NCBI GenBank assembly: GCA_028534125.1
Contig: CM052829.1
Coordinates: 1,426,001-1,490,000, forward strand
Direction of reading: 5' to 3'
From: Lama glama
Taxonomy: Eukaryota
Length of the DNA: 64,000 bases
This document shows, one piece after another, positions 61,701 through 64,000 of this stretch (the stretch's first letter is position 1; each line of letters begins with the position of its first letter). The notes under the pieces are model-generated. The model did not search any database and was not told the origin of the DNA. It saw nothing but the letters and a program-made list of their open reading frames with translations. Made by a program: the position numbers and the translations under genes.

Positions 61701-62523
61701 CTCCCTGCTTTCCTTCACATCACTGCCACCTCCCTCTTATCAGGACACTTGGGGGCATTGAGGGGCCCCCAATAGCCCAGCATCACCTCCCACCTCAAGT
61801 TCCACCATGCCTGCCGAGACCCTCTCCCCAGACAAGGTCACATCCACAGGGTCCAGAACTGGAACCTGGCATCTTTGGGGCCACTTTTCGGCTCACCAAA
61901 GGCAGCAACGGCGAATCACACAGGAGTAAGACAAGTCAGCCTCCACCTAACATTCTCCACTTGTTCTTCACTGTTCCTTCCTTCCCACCGTGAGGAGCAC
62001 GCCTGCGGGAGACGTGGGACAGAGGTGTCTGAGGGCCCCCTTCTCTGTCTTGGCGAGGCAGGCAGATGGTGTGGGCAGGACTGCTCAGAGGCTTGTCTCT
62101 CGGGCGAAGGACGAGGCCGCAGTGACCTCAGCGCAGGCTGCAGTGGAAGCGCCCCGCACGCCGACGCCTGCACTGGGATGGAGTGAGCCCGGACCTAGGT
62201 CATCCCCAGGACAGCCGGCCAGATGGCGCCGGCACCTCACTAAATTGTCACTAGTGCCTCTGGGCAGATGAGCAACAGCCAGGAGCCAAGCCCGGCTCGA
62301 GTAAGAAGACACATGAAACATCAGCGAAAGCGTCCCCACTGGACGGAAAACAGCAGGAGCATGAGCCCCCACCCCTCCCCGGCAGAGGCAGACTGGGCTC
62401 TGCAGCACGGCGGCCGGCCCCGGCCCAGCTCAGCCCCAAGACGGCTGAGCGCCTTACCTGCGCCAGCCTCAGGTGGAGAACAGCATTTTCTGTTTCTGCT
62501 TCCACTAGTCTCTCTTCTTTCGC
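30753..62523 (-). CDS. KIF25: Kinesin-like protein KIF25 (kinesin-14), 5'-partial; complement exons 62523-62458,59330-59208,57052-56914,56332-56226,52909-52821,51030-50994,43632-43565,38918-38844,36601-36452,35491-35315,34184-34033,32675-32469,32115-31960,30892-30753; 1686 nt, 561 aa
   Basis: Consistent GT-AG phases and no stops. Neck RRRLHNTLVELRGSIRVHCRLRP, P-loop AYGQTGSGKS, switch I HADSSRSH, switch II DLAGSE, HIPYRNS-x-LT and GGDAK. VYGPAESQ and EVYNND are KIF25-like. Adjacent to FRMD1. Confidence 0.94.
31960..32115 (-). CDS. KIF25: KIF25 exon (VSGVTGSALRETSLINRSLAAL...HIPYRNSTLTHFLQDAL)
   Basis: Acceptor gcttccccag; donor G|GTACCT, phase 1. Confidence 0.96.
32469..32675 (-). CDS. KIF25: KIF25 loop-10 insert and switch II exon (DRQSDQ...SKLQLVDLAGSECV)
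   Basis: Acceptor cctacctccacag; donor G|GTGAGA, phase 1. Confidence 0.92.
34033..34184 (-). CDS. KIF25: KIF25 switch I exon (SVQRAVELM...HADSSRSHLVITVTL...CST)
   Basis: Acceptor ccctctgccag; donor G|GTGAGT, phase 1. Confidence 0.95.
35076..35162 (+). mobile_element. Short tRNA-derived SINE (camelid-type), diverged
   Basis: GGGGGGTGAGAACAGCTCAG (A-box-like), GCATGCATGAGGTTCTAGGTTCGATCCCCAG (B box), A-rich tail. Confidence 0.8.
35315..35491 (-). CDS. KIF25: KIF25 exon (LLAENPSRHPEVDVSVVEVYNNDICDLL...VSGLTR)
   Basis: Acceptor cctcctccag; donor GA|GTGAGT, phase 2. Confidence 0.95.
35700..35940 (-). mobile_element. LINE-1 3' UTR fragment
   Basis: tgaagtgtagtcgacttacaa...gtttcaggtgtacagcaaag...tgaatatagttccctgtgct, homologous to the L1 3' end near 48000. 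Confidence 0.85.
36452..36601 (-). CDS. KIF25: KIF25 P-loop exon (YDVCIMAYGQTGSGKSFTMLG...GIIPRAAGEVF)
   Basis: Acceptor atttcag; donor AG|GTACCG; Walker A motif. Confidence 0.96.
38844..38918 (-). CDS. KIF25: KIF25 exon (VYGPAESQGAVFEDVRPLLVSFLD)
   Basis: Acceptor tttgcctctcag; donor GG|GTGAGT, phase 2. Confidence 0.95.
40410..41350 (+). mobile_element. Degraded old LINE-1 ORF2 fragments
   Basis: gaatttagtcaagtagcaggatgcaaaattca...aaatcagtagctttc; tgttcttggatacgaagactca; ctgggaaaagtagctgcagcttacatcgcagacaaaagg. Confidence 0.7.
42039..42527 (+). mobile_element. Solo ERV LTR (ERV1-like), copy A
   Basis: TGT...ACA termini, CCTATATA TATA-like box, AATAAA at about 42481, flanks gttc/gtac (4-bp TSD with one mismatch); homologous to 58421 and 44407. 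Confidence 0.85.
42560..43480 (-). mobile_element. Degraded old LINE-1 fragments, GC-shifted
   Basis: ggattatgcttttggtggtgtttctcagaattctgtgcttaacccaaggtcacaaagacttt; ctccagcaccacttgctgaaa. Confidence 0.75.
43565..43632 (-). CDS. KIF25: KIF25 exon (ETILVECSRPGRPLINKTYTFE)
   Basis: Acceptor tcttttttactag; donor AG|GTGAGT, phase 2; K-x-Y-x-F-[DE]-x-V motif continues into the next exon. Confidence 0.9.
43709..43915. mobile_element. MER58-like hAT-Charlie MITE
   Basis: gggccagtccggc...ggacacagcc...acggcccc...ggcccttcagagggagagtctgccaagccctg follows the MER58A layout. Confidence 0.65.
44407..44832 (+). mobile_element. Solo ERV LTR (ERV1-like), related subfamily
   Basis: TG...CA termini, perfect GTTT 4-bp TSD, AATAAA at about 44782; shares ctcaggatgg, cacagaaaag and gagaggctgt blocks with copy A. 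Confidence 0.85.
47965..48960 (-). mobile_element. 5'-truncated LINE-1 (ORF2 C-terminus plus 3' UTR)
   Basis: Minus-strand translation RYHLTPVRMAIIQKS-x-x-x-KCWRGCGE, LPYDPAIPLLG and AALFTITKTWKPPKCPS-x-x-WIKK; frameshifted; T-rich tail. Confidence 0.95.
48965..49085 (-). mobile_element. ERV LTR fragment abutting the L1 5' truncation
   Basis: ggtggtgaggtcacagggtggtgtcctgggaaactcagtcatcagccttctg resembles artiodactyl ERV1 LTRs; family not assigned. Confidence 0.45.
49932..50110. mobile_element. MaLR LTR fragment
   Basis: tataagcaacagaaatttattgctcacagttctagaggctggacgcccgagatcatggt...ccttataagggcact. Confidence 0.75.
50994..51030 (-). CDS. KIF25: KIF25 37-nt micro-exon (PVSGAVAHAVDD)
   Basis: Acceptor tctttttgtccccgcag; donor GAC|GTGAGT; converts phase 2 to phase 0 as required. 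Confidence 0.85.
51465..51625. mobile_element. MER3-like hAT-Charlie MITE
   Basis: ctgaagtgcggccactgcaactggggagg...taattttgtttaacttttattcatttaaa...ccacacgtggc. Confidence 0.65.
51635..51915 (-). mobile_element. LINE-1 3' UTR fragment
   Basis: actgaagtgtagttg...gtttcaggtgtacagcac...aactgaatatggttccctgtgctg. Confidence 0.85.
52739..52800. repeat. (AC)n microsatellite, about 31 units with one interruption
   Basis: Read directly. Confidence 0.98.
52821..52909 (-). CDS. KIF25: KIF25 neck/beta-1 exon (ELRGSIRVHCRLRPVLPFDDEFRGPGSQN)
   Basis: Acceptor gtcgtag; donor AG|GTAATT, phase 2; IRV-x-CR-x-RP motif. Confidence 0.93.
55747..55847 (+). mobile_element. Short tRNA-derived SINE (camelid-type) with 9-bp target-site duplication
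   Basis: GGTGAGGGCGTAGCCCAG...GTCCTGGGTTCGATCCCC, A tail; AAGTCAGCA at 55738-55746 and 55848-55856. Confidence 0.88.
56226..56332 (-). CDS. KIF25: KIF25 neck coiled-coil exon (LERSLQEMTERYQQERRERRRLHNTLV)
   Basis: Acceptor ctctttcag; donor GTG|GTAGGT; kinesin-14 R-x-x-LHN neck motif. Confidence 0.93.
56914..57052 (-). CDS. KIF25: KIF25 stalk exon (RLKRDVEVLHSW...EIVTAVQRAPLCHEALP)
   Basis: Acceptor ctcctgttttgcag; donor C|GTAAGA, phase 1, matching the next exon. Confidence 0.8.
58421..58923 (+). mobile_element. Solo ERV LTR (ERV1-like), copy B
   Basis: Colinear with copy A over its whole length; AATAAA at about 58874; 3' end approximate. Confidence 0.85.
59208..59330 (-). CDS. KIF25: KIF25 stalk exon (YQEMIKKSGGETTQ...RLRLVAQ)
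   Basis: Strong polypyrimidine acceptor cttctttttttcttgcacaacag; donor CAG|GTAAAT; 123 nt, phase 0/0, open. Confidence 0.75.
59744..60366 (+). mobile_element. Solo ERV LTR with tandem CCAAT-box array
   Basis: Eight ATTGG motifs in ~24-nt units, octamer, TATA-like ctctaaaag, AATAAA 60256-60261, duplicated GCTGTAACAC, ends ...GCAACA; 5' boundary uncertain. Confidence 0.75.
59900..60105. repeat. Tandem ~24-nt repeat (CTCACTCCTGATTGGTCCATTTCC)
   Basis: ATTGG at 59907, 59931, 59954, 59998, 60022, 60046, 60070 and 60093. Confidence 0.92.
61525..61900. mobile_element. MLT1 (MaLR) LTR remnant
   Basis: caagtaccacacacagggggtaaaacagcagaaatgttctttctccctcctggaggccagg...aggtcacatccacagg. Confidence 0.75.
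62458..62523 (-). CDS. KIF25: KIF25 stalk exon (AKEERLVEAETENAVLHLRLAQ)
   Basis: Acceptor ggttgcag; donor CAG|GTAAGG; phase 0/0; coiled-coil-like composition. Confidence 0.82.
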
Positions 62524-62834
62524 CTGCAACCAAGGGTCCAGACAGAAACAATCATCAGTGATACTGCCCAGCGGTCCCTTCCTTCCTCGGAACCAACACC
62601 GCATCCCCGGGTGCAAGGATGCACCCACTGCAGAACGACGGAGGTGACGGGCTGGAGGGGCCCCGGACCCTGACAGGCACCCACTCATGCCGTAGCTGCG
62701 ACCCACCCCCACCCCAGGCGTGGGCCCCAGGCCAGCAGCCTCTGGGAATTTCAGAAACACAGAATCTCGGAACTTCCCAACCAGTATGTTCTCTGGGTGA
62801 CCTCTGTGCAGGCTCCAAACTCTACCATTTCTTT

Positions 62835-63140
62835 CCTTTCATTCACATATTCAAAACACATGTTAGAAATCTATTCGTGCCAGGTGCTTTTCCAGGTGCT
62901 GGGGACAGAGCCGTGTACAAAGCAGGCCTGGAGGCCGCATCCCAGTGGAGAAGCAAATGAGCAAGGGGAGGGGGCAAATAACCACGGCGGCTCCGCCAGA
63001 ATCAAAACAGAGTGATGTGAACCCAGGACCCATGGCTCCCCAAGGCGGGAGGCAAGGGGGAGCCTCTGCAAAGGCCCTGTGGCAGGAACGAGCTTAGCAA
63101 CTCAAGGAGCAGAGAGAAGGCCAGGCAGCCTGGGGCTCAG
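62835..63140 (-). mobile_element. LINE-2 3' remnant
   Basis: ttcattcacatattcaaaacacatgttagaaatctattcgtgccaggtgct...gtgctggggacagag; tgcaaaggccctgtggcaggaacgagctt. Confidence 0.75.
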
Positions 63141-63476
63141 GATGGGGCTTTCCTAAGCCAGGGAAGCAGCTGTGAATGGTGGGGAAGGCACGGCAGGGTT
63201 TTCAGCAGAGGAGCTGAAGTACTGGCCACGTACCATTACTGCAGAGGATGCACCAGATTCCAGGAATGCGGGCTCAGGTGTGGTCCTTTGTGCTGGGTAG
63301 TTGTCCTCCCCCCAGTCTGCTGACAGGTGGCTCACAGAGAACTGTGCTCATTTTAGGACAACAATCTCTTTGTGATTGGTTAGAAAACCAGAAACCTGGG
63401 AGTCGGCTAGACTTCTCTTACCACGTTCAGTCAGTCTTACCTCTTGAAAAATAATCCCTCGAAGCAACCAAGTGCC

Positions 63477-63495
63477 TGGATAAAGAAGTTGTGGT

Positions 63496-63529
<34 letters not shown>

Positions 63530-63675
63530 GAACACTACTCAGCCAAAGAAAGAATGAACTAATGCCATTCGCAGCAACATGGACGGACCTAGAGAACGTC
63601 ATTCTAAGTGAAGCAAGTCAGAAAGTGAAAGAAAAACACCATATGATGTCACTTATATCTGGAATATAAAAAAGT
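63477..63675 (+). mobile_element. LINE-1 ORF2 3' fragment containing a (CA)n tract
   Basis: ggataaagaagttgtggta-(CA)n-ggaacactactcagcc...atgccattcgcagcaacatggacggacctagag. Confidence 0.9.
63498..63527. repeat. (AC)n microsatellite, about 15 units
   Basis: Read directly. Confidence 0.97.
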
Positions 63676-63689
63676 GAATCAGAGCATCA

Positions 63690-64000
63690 TTTCCGTGTAC
63701 AAGCATTGCCCTGCTCTGGTTAAATTTCTTCCAAAGTAATCTGTTTTCTCTGGTGATGCTGCCTGTGCCGTGGAACAGAAGAGCAGTTATTTCTGCATGC
63801 AGGCCGCGCGCCCCCAAGCCCCACTGAGCTCACTCAGTCGTGCTAATAGATGGTTTTTAGCGTGGTTTTGTTTTTTGTGTTTTCGGTGGAGTCCTTAGGA
63901 TTTTCTGCACATCAGATGCTGTCATCTGCAAACAGAAGTAGTCTTACTTCTCCTTCTCTGACATAGATGCCTCCCCCGTCATCCTGCCTAACCGCCCTCC
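63690..64000 (-). mobile_element. Old LINE-1 ORF2 fragment
   Basis: gtggagtccttaggattttct...tgtcatctgcaaacagaagtagtcttacttctcctt. Confidence 0.75.

Overview
GC-rich mammalian genomic DNA, most likely camelid (two short tRNA-derived SINEs of the camelid type). It holds two convergent, intron-rich genes, which I assembled by hand from GT-AG junctions with consistent phases. (1) FRMD1 on + has 12 coding exons, ATG 9479 to TAG 22446, 554 aa, with a FERM domain and a C-terminal EFVV. (2) KIF25 (kinesin-14) on - has 14 coding exons visible, 62523 down to TGA 30753, 561 aa; its start exon was not identified and probably lies beyond 64000. The rest is introns and intergenic DNA with L1, L2, MIR, MLT1, MER3 and MER58 remnants, four solo ERV LTRs antisense to KIF25, and microsatellites. 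Almost all ORFs in the supplied track are GC-content artefacts. I found no clear new multi-gene system. The strongest leads are: a KIF25 with coiled-coil stalk, neck and beta-1 exons plus a canonical switch II, which the human reference protein lacks as I recall it; a 116-bp near-identical tract between two otherwise diverged solo LTRs that bracket those exons (candidate ectopic gene conversion); an intronic LTR with eight phased CCAAT boxes plus an octamer, pointing antisense to KIF25; and an intact 69-nt FRMD1 FERM exon. Comparisons with human proteins are from memory and need alignment.
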